Source of the DNA: Mobula hypostoma
Lineage: Eukaryota
NCBI RefSeq assembly: GCF_963921235.1
Contig: NC_086109.1
Coordinates: 16,494,001-16,558,000 of the forward strand
Direction: 5' to 3'
DNA: 64,000 bases
Both the position numbers and the translations under genes were made by a program. Under the pieces are notes generated by a model. That model was not told the DNA's origin. It did not search any database and saw only the letters and a program-made list of their open reading frames with translations. Of this stretch, positions 36,745 through 49,277 are shown piece by piece (the first letter of the stretch is position 1; every line of letters starts with the position of its first letter).

Positions 36745-37080
36745 AGCAGGTGGAAAAGTGTTTGTAGTATTCTTTTCATAGTGCTTATGTCTTTCTCACG
36801 TTATAGCTGAGAATGCACTCAAATTCTCGAGACAAGTCTGCAAAGTTAATTCTGTCTCCTGCTCTCATTACCTCAAGGGCTCAAGCACTGAGGTGTGGAT
36901 CTCACTTATATCAGATGGGAAACGAGTTTTCAGTGTTCTTTTCGTGGGTCTTGCGCCTCCTTCAATTTGCTGCTACCCTTATAGCTGAGAATGCACTCAA
37001 AATCTCAAGACAAGTGTGCAAAGTTAATTCCGTCTCCTGTTTTCATTAAGCTGAAAGGTCCAAGCACTGAGCTATGGATC
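36745..37080. repeat. Local tandem duplication, period about 178 bp
   Basis: ttatagctgagaatgcactcaaa..gcaaagttaatt..aagcactgag..tggatc at 36801-36901 and 36979-37080. Confidence 0.85.
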
Positions 37081-37296
37081 CTGGTGGAGTAGATGGCTCT
37101 GATATAAACTTCTGCCCCAGTAAGCACCAGGAGAGGATAATGTGCCACCACATAAATTTGCATATTTATGTGGTATCACGATGAGGTCATGTGGTGCTCA
37201 ATTTTATGTACTACTTGTCCTTGCTGCCCTTACAGGTGAGTGACAATAAGGTTGCTGCAGTAATCGACAAGGAACTTGGCAGTTCCATTTTATGTG

Positions 37297-37839
37297 CACA
37301 CTGTGATTACTTTATTAGCTACTTCCTGTACCTATTAAGTTGGCCACCAATTGTATGCTCATGGTCTTTTGCTACTATAGCCCATCTAGGATGGTTTGTT
37401 TGTTCAGAAATGTTTTTCTGCCCAGCACTGTTGCAATGCATGGTTATTTGAGTTATTGTTACCTTACTGGCAGCCTGAACCAGACCGGCCATTCTCCTCT
37501 AACCTCTCTCGTTAACAAAGTGTTTTCACCCACAGGACTGCTGCTCACTGGATTTTTTTTTGTTTTTTGCACCATTCTCTGTAAAATCTGGAGATTATTT
37601 TGAGTGAAAATCTGGAGTGATCAGTTCTTGAGATATTCAAACCACCCCATCATTCCACAGTCAGAGTTACTGAGATCACATTTCTTCCCCGTTCTGATGT
37701 TTAGTCTGAACAACGATCGAATCTCTTGACCGTGTCTGCATGCGCTTATGCATTAAGATGCTGCCACATGATTGGCTGATTAGATATTTCCATGAACAAG
37801 CAGGTGTAGAGGTGTACCTAATAAAGTGGAAACTTAGTG
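37297..37839 (-). mobile_element. Tc1-like non-autonomous element, both ends present
   Basis: Left actttattagctac, right gtacctaataaagtggaaacttagtg; body matches the other copies. Confidence 0.85.
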
Positions 37840-38419
37840 TACATTCAGCAGTTGGTTCTTTCCTTTCTCCATTGTTTCTGCCAACCAGTTTCTCTCCCCA
37901 CCCCTTCCCTGTCCTTCCTTTCTCTTTCTTCCACTATAATGCAGAAGAATCAATAAAGTGTAAATTAAAACTAATTGTTACTTGCTCTCAAATTGGGTAA
38001 TGGTGTGAGCCCAAAACACAGACAAAAACTGCCATTTGGTATAGGTCCACTGGAATCAAACACAAAGAGCAGTTCTGGGAAACAAAAACTTTGGTCAAAC
38101 ACATTCACTAAGTCAGAGTGAGCTGAAATACCACACTGCACCCTGATTCAGTACTGAGGGTGAATCATGCACAGTCTTAGCTGCTGCCCTAAAACAAGAC
38201 ACTGTCTACTTTCTCAGATGGATGTCAAAAATATCAGGGCACAATTTTGACAAACAGGAAAATTTTTCCCGATGTGGTCTCAATCTGAACATTCTTTGAA
38301 TGGCAAATGTAATAATTATCAATGGTTCAAAGGTTCATTTATTATCGAAGTATACAACTCTGAAATTATTCTTCTCTGGGTAGCCATGAAACCAAGAAAG
38401 AAAAGAGAGGCCACACGAT

Positions 38420-38830
38420 CATCATCCCCTGAATTCCACCTCCCTGCAAAAAAAAAACACAAATAAAAACAGAACAGACATATTAACCCCCAAATCGTTC
38501 CTCCCGCACAAAAATTGCACGAAATGGATCAGCCACATTGACCATCAACCCCCAAATCCCTTTTCACACACAAAATTGCAAACAGAATGGATCAGGCACT
38601 TCGACCTCCAAATCCCTCCTCCCACCCAAAAGAAAAATGAACAAAGTGGATCAAGCATATTGACATCCCACCTCTCGAAATCCCTCTTCCTGCACAAAAA
38701 AAAACAAACAGAACAGAACAGGCACATCGAACCCTCAAATCTCTCTTCCTGCATTAAAAAAAATGAACTAAACAGATCAGGCACATCGACTCTCCCCCAA
38801 ATCCCCCTCCCCACACAAAGAAAATGAGAA
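38420..38830. repeat. Degenerate minisatellite (about 55-65 bp, about 7 units) inside a retroelement 3' region
   Basis: Recurrent gatcaggcacatcgac..cccccaaatccc.ctcc.gcacaaaaa. Confidence 0.75.
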
Positions 38831-41231
38831 AAGTGGGTGAAAAAACATAGAAAATAAAATAAGACTGATTAAAAAAAGAGTCTGGAGTCCAAGTGCAAAT
38901 CCAAAATACTGAAAAACCCTGGGCAATGCTCTCTGGGCACAGCCGGCGCTCAACCTCTGCACTGGCTTCGATGCTTCAGTCTCGCTCGTCTCCTTAACAA
39001 TGGGAACTTTAATCGGCAAAATGGAGCCAAACATTGGCTTGAGCCCCGTCCTGCAGCCTGCCCGCTATGAAGTTCATACACGCTGCCTCTGTTTCCCGGA
39101 ATCCTGTCAGAGACTGCAGAAAATCTAGATAAGACTATAAAACGTAGGAGCAAATTTAGGCTGGTCAGCCCATTAAATCTGCTCCCTCATTCCACCCTGG
39201 CTGATTTATTATCCCTCTGAAGTTCAAGTTCAAATTTATTGTCATTTTATTATACATATGTACTGACAAACGAAACAATGGTCCTCTGGACTACAGTGCA
39301 CCCACAAAACATATATCATGCACAGCACATAAGTCAAAATATTACCATAAATATGGTAATAAAATATAACTCGAAATGCATATAGTGTGCAGTACAGGTA
39401 AACAGTAAATAGCTCGTTGTCATAGTGACAAGACCGGTGGTGGCAGGGTATTCGTTAGTCTCACAGTCGGAGGGTGTGCCTTCTCTCTGTAGCCTTTGAC
39501 ACCGTCACTAATCAAGAACCTATCAACCTCCCCTTTAAATATACCCAATGACTAATTCAAAATACCTGTACCAGATAAAGTGTCTCTTTTTTATAGATAG
39601 ATACTTTATTGAGCCCATAGGAAATTACAGTGTCACAGTAGCATTACTAGTGCACAGATATAAATATTAGAAGAGAAGTAGAAAGAATAAAAAATGTTAC
39701 CACAAACAGTCTTACAGGAGTGGGGGTCATTACTTCCCCCGACCATAGGTTGACTCATTCTAGAGCCTAATGGCCAAGGGTAAGAAAGACCTCATTTCCA
39801 GCTCTTTGAAGCAGTGCAGTTGTCTTAATCTATTCCTAAAAGTGCTCCTCTGCTCGGCCAAGGGTTTGTCTGCAGAGGGTGAGAAACATTGTCCAGAATG
39901 GCCAGGATTTTCCGTAGGGTCCTTTGTTCTACCACAATCTCCATTGTGTCCAGTTTGACTCCTATAACAGCCAGCTTTTCAAATCAGATGTGCTAGAAAC
40001 AAACAAAAAAACTCTCAAATTGAGATGCATTTACAATATATGTTTAAAATTTTGTTCCTTGTAAATACTATACATTCTGTTAATAACACTATCCCCTCCA
40101 CAGTGTCTTCATGACATCCTAAACATGTTACAGCTAATACTTTATACTTTATTGTCGCCAAACAATTGATACTAGAACGTACAATCATCACAGTGACATT
40201 TGATATAGTACTTTTAATGTGTAGTCATTGCTGTGGTGTAGAACACATGGTAGCCAATTTATGCACAGAAATCTCCCATAAACAGTCAAGTGATTGTGCA
40301 AAACTAGCAACTGTAATATTAGTGGAGGGATAACTATCAAAGTTCAAAGTAAGTTTATTATCAGATGACGTATATGTTACCAAATACTACTTTGAGATTC
40401 ATTTTCTTGCAGGCATTCACCACAGAACAAAGAAATACAGTAGAGTCAGTGAAAAGCTACATACAAACAAAGACTTGGACCCTGTCACAAGGAAAATTCT
40501 CATGTTTTTTTCTTTTGAATAGAGTCATGTAATTGATAAAACCCAATTTAATAGGTCATCTTAAAGTCACTGTCCATGACTCATCTCATCTGGACTGCCT
40601 GACAAGATTGTTGTGCTCAAGGCACTGAAGTGAGATTTGAACATCTCTCCTTTTAACCTAAAGCTGACAGTAATAGTGGTGCTGATGTTTTACTTCCTCT
40701 GGTTTACACATCATCTGAGTCAGATGACTTTGCAGAAAACTATCCCATTGTGCATTTTTAAATGTAGTGCAGCAATTGATCAAGGGGAAGAATGAATGGG
40801 ATAATCTGGGTAATGTTAGACTGGGTTTGCAAAATCTTAGGATTTGTCATTATTGTAAGCAAGTCATTATTGTAAAGCAGGAAACTGTACATGGACTTTC
40901 CAAATTCCTTTTCTGTGAACAGAGATAGACAAGAACGGAAATAAACTAACTATTTTCTATCTCCATTCTTTGTGTAAAATGTTTTGTTGGATCTTGGTTC
41001 TCATACTTGACTATGAACATCTGTGTTGCATAAGATCTGTTTTGGTTTGTTTGACTTGTTTGGGAAAGCAGGGATACATCAAAGGTGAGCTTGCATTATT
41101 ACTTATGGTTAACTTTAAGTTATTTTTTGAATTTGTAAGTTTGAGCTGAACCTTAAAAGATTGGTTTTGTTGATTTGATTGAAAGGGAGGGATTCATCAA
41201 GATGCAATAATGAAGCTTTTTGACTTTGTAG

Positions 41232-41333
41232 ACCGCCCTGCACCCCCTCGAGATCTGGAATTAACGGACCCAGAAGACCGCAGTATAAGATTGACCTGGA
41301 TTCCCGGTGATGAAAACAACAGCCCAATCACAG
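41232..41333 (+). CDS. NFASC: Neurofascin exon, FnIII-1 N-terminal part (102 nt)
   Basis: ttgtag|AC...ACAG|gtacga; [33 protein letters not shown]. Confidence 0.96.
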
Positions 41334-42007
41334 GTACGAGACCAGTAGTTGTGTTCAACAAGATGCAATCCTGATTTTTCTATTCCTTTTTGCATCGATT
41401 GTTTTCCCCTTTAGCTACTCTGTTAGTTACACACTGTAATAAACTTGTCAAACGTTTTCACCTTCATAAAACCATGTTGGCTCTGTCTGATGATAATATG
41501 ACTTTTTATAATTCCATGCTACTATTTTATCATATTCCAATTCCTCAAAGTTTGATAGGATATTTCCCCTTCAGGTTAATTCATGTGGCTTGGCCAGATC
41601 TTTCCACATTTCCTTTTGAGATTCTGAACAGGTGTTGGCAAATCCAGATTGCTCCGAGGTTAAGAAAGTAATATTGATGGAATTACCAAAACAATTGGTA
41701 ACTGTCTCCCTGGCATGTGTTCCCCTTCTTTATATCGACGCAGGTATCCACACCAAATCCAGACCTTCAGTGGAAGATCATAAACAGAGGAGATTCTGCA
41801 GATGATAGAAAATCCAGAGTAATACACACAAAATGCGAGAGGAACCTCAACAGGTCAGGCAGTATCTATGGAGAGGAATAAACAGTTGACGTTCAAGGCT
41901 GAGACCCTTCATCAGAACCAGTTCGTGACTGTTCATTCAATCAACTGTTTATTCCTCTCAATAGATGCTGCTGGGTCCCTCCAACAGTTTTTGTGTGTTG
42001 CTTCATT

Positions 42008-42382
42008 GGATGGCAGTGTGGAGATACGTCTCTATTAAAGGAGGTGTCAGGCGGTCCTCCCTCCATTCATCCCTGGGCATGGTGTAGCAGCTGCTTGGCC
42101 CCCCGATCAGGGTCACGTGGACCACGGGAGCAGGTGGTGGATGGTCATATGAACAGCTGGTGCACATCACAAGTCCTGGTTATGCAACCACTGACGCCAG
42201 GCCAGACAATCCCTGAAGAGTATTGATAATGGCTGGGGTCACCCATCTTGTAAAGACACTGCCCAGAAGAAGGCAATGGGAAAACTCTTCTGTAGAACAA
42301 TTTGCCAAGAACCAGAATGGTCATGAAAAGACCATGATTGCCCACATCATATGACACAGCACATGATGGTGATGATGATGAC
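42008..42382 (+). mobile_element. RTE-related SINE-like element with (TGA)n tail
   Basis: gaagaaggcaatgggaaaactcttctgtag..ttgccaag resembles the RTE/BovB-type conserved motif; ends tgatggtgatgatgatga. Confidence 0.55.
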
Positions 42383-42528
42383 TTCATTGGAAGACGGTCT
42401 CCGTCTCAGTGGTTTTGAAAATGCTAAGATATAATAGATAACATGGGGAAATTAAATAAGGAGACCATTACCCGTAGTTGAAATCCATTGATAAGGTCAT
42501 GTTCTTGTTTTTTTCTCTCTCATTAAAG

Positions 42529-42726
42529 AATTCATTGTGCAGTATGAAGAAAATAGGTATGAGCCCCGGAAGTGGCATAATCTAACCAGAATCCCAGGCA
42601 ATATCAACTCGGCAGTGCTGCAGCTCGCACCGTACATGAACTATCAGTTCCGGGTTATCGCTGTGAACGAAGTTGGCGAAGGCGCCCCCAGCTTGCCCTC
42701 TGAACGTTACCAGACGACTGGAGCAG
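42529..42726 (+). CDS. NFASC: Neurofascin exon, FnIII-1 C-terminal part (198 nt)
   Basis: ttaaag|AA...GCAG|gtagca; [18 protein letters not shown]...[34 protein letters not shown]. Confidence 0.95.
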
Positions 42727-43297
42727 GTAGCAGTTCTGCTCTGCCCTTCCACTGTTTTGGATTCAATGGCTTTGCTCATAGGCTTAAAAATATGATGTGA
42801 GAAACTGGCACTGCCTTCAGAGCCAAGCCCCGTAGACGAATTGTCAATATTCTGGGTTCATCTCCCGAAACATATTCCTTTATTCCATTTAAAAAGTTAC
42901 TTTGGCTTCAAAGGCAGGAGTTTTTTGGTTTTTTTTTCCAGAGATACAGCATGGTAGCAACCCCTTCCAGCCAGTGAGCCCGTGCCACCCAATTGCACCC
43001 ACGTGACCAAATACTTCTTTGCAATGTGGGAGGAAGCCAGAGCATCTGGAGGAAATCCACACGGTCACAGGGAGAATGTACGAGCTCCTTACAGAGAACG
43101 GTTCATTTGAACCTGGGTCATTGGTGCTGTAATCGCATTCCGCTGACCACCACACTACCATGACCCAAATAGAAGGGGTTGGTGGGGGGGGGCAGGACTT
43201 GCTCTTATTTCTCAACCAGCCTTCTTGCCAGGTTCCTTCTGGCAGATCCTCCATGGAAGTGGCTGAGATACCACCAGCCTAACCAGAATCGGGGCAT

Positions 43298-43830
43298 ACG
43301 GTACTGTGCCAAAGTCTTAGGCACATATCTATAGCTGGGGTGTCTAAGACTTTTGCACAGTACTGTATTTGTCAGCATGGAGCGGAAGGCTAGTTTGTAA
43401 AGCTGGTGGGAGCAAAAGCTGTTGGGAATGGCAAGGGTGAAATGCCGGCAGGAGGGTTGTGGGATAGGTGGCAGAGGACGAGTGCTAGGGGTGGGGTGAG
43501 GCATGGGTGCAGACACACCCAGCCCTGAGACACCAGGCAAGGTCATTTGATTCCAAGCAATTGGTTAATTGATCATTACAGAATGTCTCTCTGGTGTTTC
43601 CCTCTCTCTCCCCCTTTTCCCAACCATGATTCCCCTCTGCCTGCCCTCTTCCCACTCTTAGTCCACAATACAGACCCATATCAGCATCAGCAGGTCAGGC
43701 AGCACATGTAGTAAAATTTCTTTTTGTTTTGCGACAGCAGTACAGTGTAATAAATGGAATTACTACAGTACTGTGCCAACGTCTTAGGAACATAGCTACC
43801 TATATATATTTGTGTATATGTATATATATA

Positions 43831-43894
<64 letters not shown>

Positions 43895-43925
43895 TGTGTG
43901 CGTGCCTAAGACATTTGCACAGTAC
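43298..43925. mobile_element. Composite Tc1-type MITE with a mini-TIR hairpin at each end and a microsatellite
   Basis: cagtactgtgc(c/a)aaagtcttaggcac inverted pairs at 43298-43368 and 43767-43925; body homologous to 53592-53885. Confidence 0.7.
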
Positions 43926-43929
43926 AATA

Positions 43930-44360
43930 TATACAGAAAGGTGCCAGAAAAAGACCAGCGATATCGTAAAGGATTGCAACCACTCTGTTTACGGATTGTT
44001 TGTCCCACTCCCATCAGGGAGGAGTCCGCACAGCATCCACACTGGGACCACTGGAGACAAAACCAACTACTTCCCCCAAACCAGCAAGCTGATCAACACC
44101 TCTACCCAGTAATGAACCCCACCGCCCCTACGTACACATCACCTAGCGTCACTTTATGTCCAGTCTATGTAAATAGCAGTTACTTGTACATTGTGTTGTA
44201 TAGGAGTGCTTTTTATATTTGTATTTATTGTAAGTTTCTTTGTGTTCCTTATGCTTACTGTATTTGTTTTTGTGTGGCATCAGGTCCGGAGTAACAATCA
44301 TTTCATTCTCCTTTACACTCATGTACTGAAGAATGACAATAAACAATCTTGAATCTTGAA
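43930..44360 (+). mobile_element. Rex1/Babar-like LINE 3' fragment
   Basis: YTERCQKKTSDIVKDCNHSVYGLFVPLPSGR..NYFPQTSKLIN; tail aataaacaatcttgaatcttgaa. Confidence 0.8.
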
Positions 44361-44528
44361 AAAAAAAGAAAAAAATGCACCATTTTTATTAATATATTTT
44401 AATTTTTCTCCTGGGTTTTGCTCAATGCAATATGTTAGGGATAAACTTTCACTTCTTGGAAGCTCCCAGGAAGTACTGGAGGCTCAGGAGGATTGAAAAC
44501 CTGACTTTAACATCTCTTTATTTCCCAG

Positions 44529-44599
44529 CTCCTGAGATGAATCCCATTGATGTTAGAGGAGCAGGAATAACGGAATCCAGCATGCAGATCAGGTGGACG
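44529..44599 (+). CDS. NFASC: Neurofascin exon, FnIII-2 N-terminal part (71 nt)
   Basis: ttcccag|CT...ACG|gtaagc; PEMNPIDVRGAGITESSMQIRWT. Confidence 0.94.
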
Positions 44600-45032
44600 G
44601 TAAGCACAGTTTGTCCACATATTCCAAGAGGAAACAGGGAACCGCAGAACGTGCACAAGGCTGCCTGAAAGAGGTTACTATTAACTTTGAAATGTCCGCA
44701 AAGTTCTACATGGGGACACGAGACTGTAGATGCTAGAATCGGGAGTAACGCACAAAATGCTGGAGAATTTCAGCCGATTGGGCAGCATCTAGAGGGGGAA
44801 ATAGGCAGTCAGTGTTTCAGATCGAGACCCTTCGTCTAGACAGGCATGTCTAATGTTTCAGGGTTGACTAGACAGAAATATCCAGTCCAAAGGGAGGGTC
44901 CCAACCCAAAATGTTAGTTGTCCACTTGCCTCCAGAGATGCTGCCTGACTCGCTGAATTCTTTCAGTGCTTTGTGTGTTTTTACCTGGTGATCCCTGTCA
45001 CAATGGGGCTTTTACATGCAGATGTCTAATTA

Positions 45033-45655
45033 TGAGGTGTGATTGATAAGTTCGTGGCCTAAGGTAGAAGCAGTCAATTTTAGAAAACCTAGCACATTTA
45101 TTTTTCAACATAGTCCCCTCCTACATGTACACACTTAGTCCAGCGGTCGTGGAGCATACGAATTCCTTCTTTGTAGAAGTGGTCCACGGCAGGGCTGATT
45201 GATAAGTTTGTGGCCTAAGGTAGAAGGAGATGAGTTATTAACTTCAAACTTTCTGCATTATCAGTCAAAGAGTTGAACTGCACATGCATGTAACGAGAGC
45301 GTCTTGGAGCTCCAGGTGGTCCATAGCAGAGACGATTGATAAGTTTGTGGCCTAAGGTAGAAGGAGATGAGTTATACCACTCTCGTTACATGCACGTGCA
45401 GTTCAACTCTTTGAGTGAAGATGCAGAAAGTTTGAAGTTAATAATTCATCTCCTTCTACCTTAGGCCATGAACTTATCAATCACGGCTGCTGTGGACCAC
45501 TTCTGGAAGTCCACAACGCCAACTTCTACAAAGAAAGGATCCGTATGCTCCACTACCGCTAGACTAAGTGTGTAAATGTAGGAAAAATAAATGTGCTAGG
45601 TTTTCTAAAATTGATTCCTTCTACCTTAGGCCACGAAATTATCAATCACCCCTTG
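45033..45655. mobile_element. Fold-back mariner-derived MITE
   Basis: TA flanks (45031-45032, 45656-45657); long inverted arms; minus-strand 45098-45178 reads FYKEGIRMLHDRWTKCVHVGGDYVEK* (mariner transposase C-terminus). Confidence 0.88.
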
Positions 45656-45854
45656 TATTATGTGGGCAGTCACGTGGAGATATTCAACTATATTATGGAA
45701 TGATCTGAAAGGGATGTTAAATGATTAACTAGGGAATCTTACTTCAGTGTCCAACTATGTTATGAGGGAGTATGAATTAAATGTGCTAACTGGTTGAACC
45801 TACAGCAAAACTCCAGTTACTGGAATGGAGCAACTTGCAGTACTTAGGAACATG

Positions 45855-46445
45855 ACTATAGAACACTATAGCACAGAAACAGGCCATTCAGAGCATCTAG
45901 TTCATGCTGAACTGTTATTCTGTCTACTCCCATTGACCCGTACCTGCACCATACCCCTCCATCCATGTACCTATCTGAATTTCTCTTGTGTTGAAATTGA
46001 ACCTGCATCCACCACTTTCTCTAGCAGCTCATTTCACACTCTCACCACCCTCTGAGTGAAGAAGTTCCCCCTCAGTTTCCCCTTAAATGTTTCACCTTTC
46101 ACCTTTAACCTAAGACCTCTAGTTCTAGTCTCACCCATCCTCAGTGCTTGCTTCTATTTATCCTATCTGTACGCCTCATAATTTTGTGTATCAGTATTCA
46201 ATCTCCCCTCGTTCTCCTACACTCCAGGGAATATAGTCCTAACCTATTCAACCCTTATCTATCACACAGGTCCAAAAGGCCCAGTAACATCATCGTACAT
46301 TTTCTCTACTCTTTCAATCTCACTGCTATCCTTCCTGTAGGTAGGGGACGTGAACTCCGCACAATACTCCAAATTAGGCTTCCTGAACATCCTATACAAA
46401 TTCAACAGAACATCCAAACTCCTATACTCAATGCTTTGATTTACG
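45855..46445 (-). mobile_element. CR1-like LINE 3' fragment
   Basis: Homologous to 4109-4625 (ccctctgagtgaagaagttcccc, ttcacctttcacc). Confidence 0.85.
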
Positions 46446-46613
46446 AAGGCTGCAATTTTGAAGATTGTGTTCGTGTTTCACTGAAATTTGTGGTACATAA
46501 GTTGAGAGCAGGCAGAGAATGAGATGGAGACTTTGCTATGGCCAAGGGAAGAGAGGCAAGATCCATTTTAGCCTCTTTCTTACCATCAATGCAAAGCACT
46601 TGTGGCTTTCTGG

Positions 46614-47358
46614 ACAAGACTAAGGAGCTGGTGGTAGACCTGAGGAGAGCTAAGGTACCGGTGACCCCTGTTTCCATCCAGGGGGTCAGTGTGGACATGG
46701 TGGAGGATTACAAATACCTGGGGATACGAATTGACAATAAACTGGACTGGTCAAAGAACACTGAGGCTGTCTACAAGAAGGGTCAGAGCCGTCTCTATTT
46801 CCTGAGGAGACTGAGGTCCTTTAACATCTGCCGGACGATGCTGAGGATGTTCTACGAGCCTGTGGTGGCCAGTGCCATCATGTTTGCTGTTGTGTGCTGG
46901 GGCAGCAGGCTGAGGGTAGCAGACACCAACAGAATCAACAAACTCATTCGTAAGGCCAGTGATGTTGTGGGGATGGAACTGGACTCTCTCACGGTGGTGT
47001 CTGAAAAGAGGATGCCGTCCAAGTTGCATGCCATCTTGGACAATGTCTCCCATCCACTACATAATGTACTGGTTGGGCACAGGAGTACATTCAGCCAGAG
47101 ACTCATTCCACCGAGATGCATCACAGAGCGTCATAGGAAGTCATTCCTGCCTGTGGCCATCAAACTTTACAACTCCTCCCTTGGAGGGTCAGACACCCTG
47201 AGCCAATAGGCTGGTCCTGGACTTATTTCATAAATTACTGGCATAATTTACATATTACTATTTAACTATTTATGGTTCTATTACTACTTATTATTTATGG
47301 TGCAACTGTAACGAAAACCAATTTCCCCTGGGATCAATAAAGTATGACTATGACTATA
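46614..47358 (+). mobile_element. Young 5'-truncated Rex1/Babar-like LINE
   Basis: Uninterrupted KTKELVVDLRR...YKYLG...SRLYFLRRLRSF...RKSFLPVAIKLYN; tail gggatcaataaag(tatgac)n. Confidence 0.9.
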
Positions 47359-47482
47359 TTCCATTCTGTTCATAACTAAAGGAGTAGAGGGATTATGTAC
47401 TCACTTACAATAGGGGGCACAATTACCTTCCTATCTGGAGTCTGCTGTGCCTTCATCTGCCAAACTATTTTCTCTTTTTCAG

Positions 47483-47705
47483 CCTCTGAGTGGCACCCAG
47501 GTCAGTGGTCCCAATATCAGATACGTAGTCAGCTGGAGACAACGGGGCGTGCGTGGAGAGTGGTCAACGGTCACAGTGACCAGGCCCAGTTACATTGTCT
47601 CTCCAACACCCCTCTTTACGCCCTATGAGATTAAAGTCCAGGCGGTGAATGATTTCGGGCCAGGTCCAGAGCCAAACATCATAATCGGGTACTCAGGTGA
47701 AGAAT
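47483..47705 (+). CDS. NFASC: Neurofascin exon, FnIII-2 C-terminal part (223 nt)
   Basis: ttttcag|CCT...GAAT|gtaagt; PLSGTQVSGPNIRYVVSWR...FTPYEIKVQAVNDFGPGPEPNIIIGYSGEE. Confidence 0.96.
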
Positions 47706-48734
47706 GTAAGTATATTGAGTGGGTATGCCCTACAGTTGTACTTTGAAGACACAAACACTTCACAGGCAGAGCTAGTCTTACCTGACCTGATTACACATTT
47801 AAATAGTGATCTTCTGACATTGTTGAGATCTCAGGGTTACCACAGAGAACACTGTTCTGGCCTCAGGATTGCTGGGTGGAGAAGGGAGATGTTCAAGAGC
47901 TTAACACAAAGACCCTAGCACATAGCCAAGACAACTACATCAGTGCAGTACAGAGGGGATGCTGAATGGTCAGAGGTGTTGCTTTTTGGATGGGATATTA
48001 AATCAAGGCCTGAGTTCCTTTTGAAATGGATGTAGACAATCCCATTGCAGTACTTTGAAGAATAGTTATATCACTTCCAATGTTCTGAATAATATACCTC
48101 TGAACTAATGCCATGTAAACATAATAATCCCAATCAATGACTTCATTAGCTTTTGATGGATCTTACTCCATAACAATTGGCTTCAAAGTTTCTTGCATTT
48201 ATGACGATACTGCAAAAGTACTTCATTGGTTGGAAAATGCTTGTGTACCCTGGAGATCATGGGTGGTGGTATGTAATGACAAGCTTTTCTGTGCTTTGCT
48301 GACATGGGAGTTTTGATGCAGCACACATTAATGTTTTGAGACAGCGTGTAGGCAAATTATTAACTGAACATTTCATTCAAAAGCTCAGCTGTGTGGATTT
48401 CATGAGCAGAATAAAATAAGATAACAGTAAATAATTCACTTAACATTGTAAAACTTCTTTAGGATGTTCATTGGAGAAACTAGCCAAAGATATTAGGACA
48501 GGGAACCGAAAAGATAGTCAAAGAAGTACATTCTACAGGGCGTTCGAAAGGAGGGAAAATGGAAGATATTGGGAAGTTAAGGAATAAAATTCCAGAGTTT
48601 AAACTCAAGACATAGCCACCCAGGTGAACTGATGACAAACAGGGCCAGAATTGAAGGTTTGCTAATGTCTTGGAGGTGTGTAGGGCTGGAGAGATTTGAG
48701 GCAAGGCCAAAGAGAAGTGTGAAAACAAGGTGAG

Positions 48735-49277
48735 AGTTTGATGTTGTGCTGTTCGCCGAGCTTGGCAATTGGCTTGCAGACGTTTCATCACCAGTCGAGA
48801 TGAAACCCTCAGTGCGCATTTGCTGGTGTTTCTTTCTGGGAGTGCTCGCGTTTATCTAGCCCCCAGTTTGCTTGTCTCGGTCCTGAGACATGATCCACTG
48901 TTGCTGATCTCAATACGTGAAGACCGAGAAGGACATCACTTTAACTGGGACACCACAGAGGTTCTGGCACAGGCAAACATGAAGCAGGCACGAGCATCTT
49001 TAGAAGAGTATTTCTCTTGTGGTAACTCCATTTACAAACATATCGGAATAGACGCCATCCGCAAACCCCTAAGAGCCGAAGAAACGCAAACCAATGGAAT
49101 TCAAAGGTCAACTGAAGGGGTAGCCAATCAGAACCGAGGCAAGCAAACCGGGGTGTAAATATACACAAGCACTCTCAGAGAGAAAGATCAACAACTGCGC
49201 ACTGAGGCTGTCACCTCGACTGGTGATAAAACGTCTGCAAGCTAATTGTCAAGCTGGACAAACACCACAACTTCAAG
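48735..49277 (+). mobile_element. Third PLE family: endonuclease C-terminus between inverted terminal repeats
   Basis: EDREGHHFNWDTTEVLAQA..ARASLEEYFS..SIYKHIGID; 48735-48886 is an inverted copy of 49128-49277. Confidence 0.8.

Noticed and set aside
45033..45655. CRISPR-like array (repeated 30-bp motif)
   Set aside because: Copies occur in both orientations with mutually homologous spacers and a mariner transposase remnant; the context is eukaryotic and there are no cas genes.
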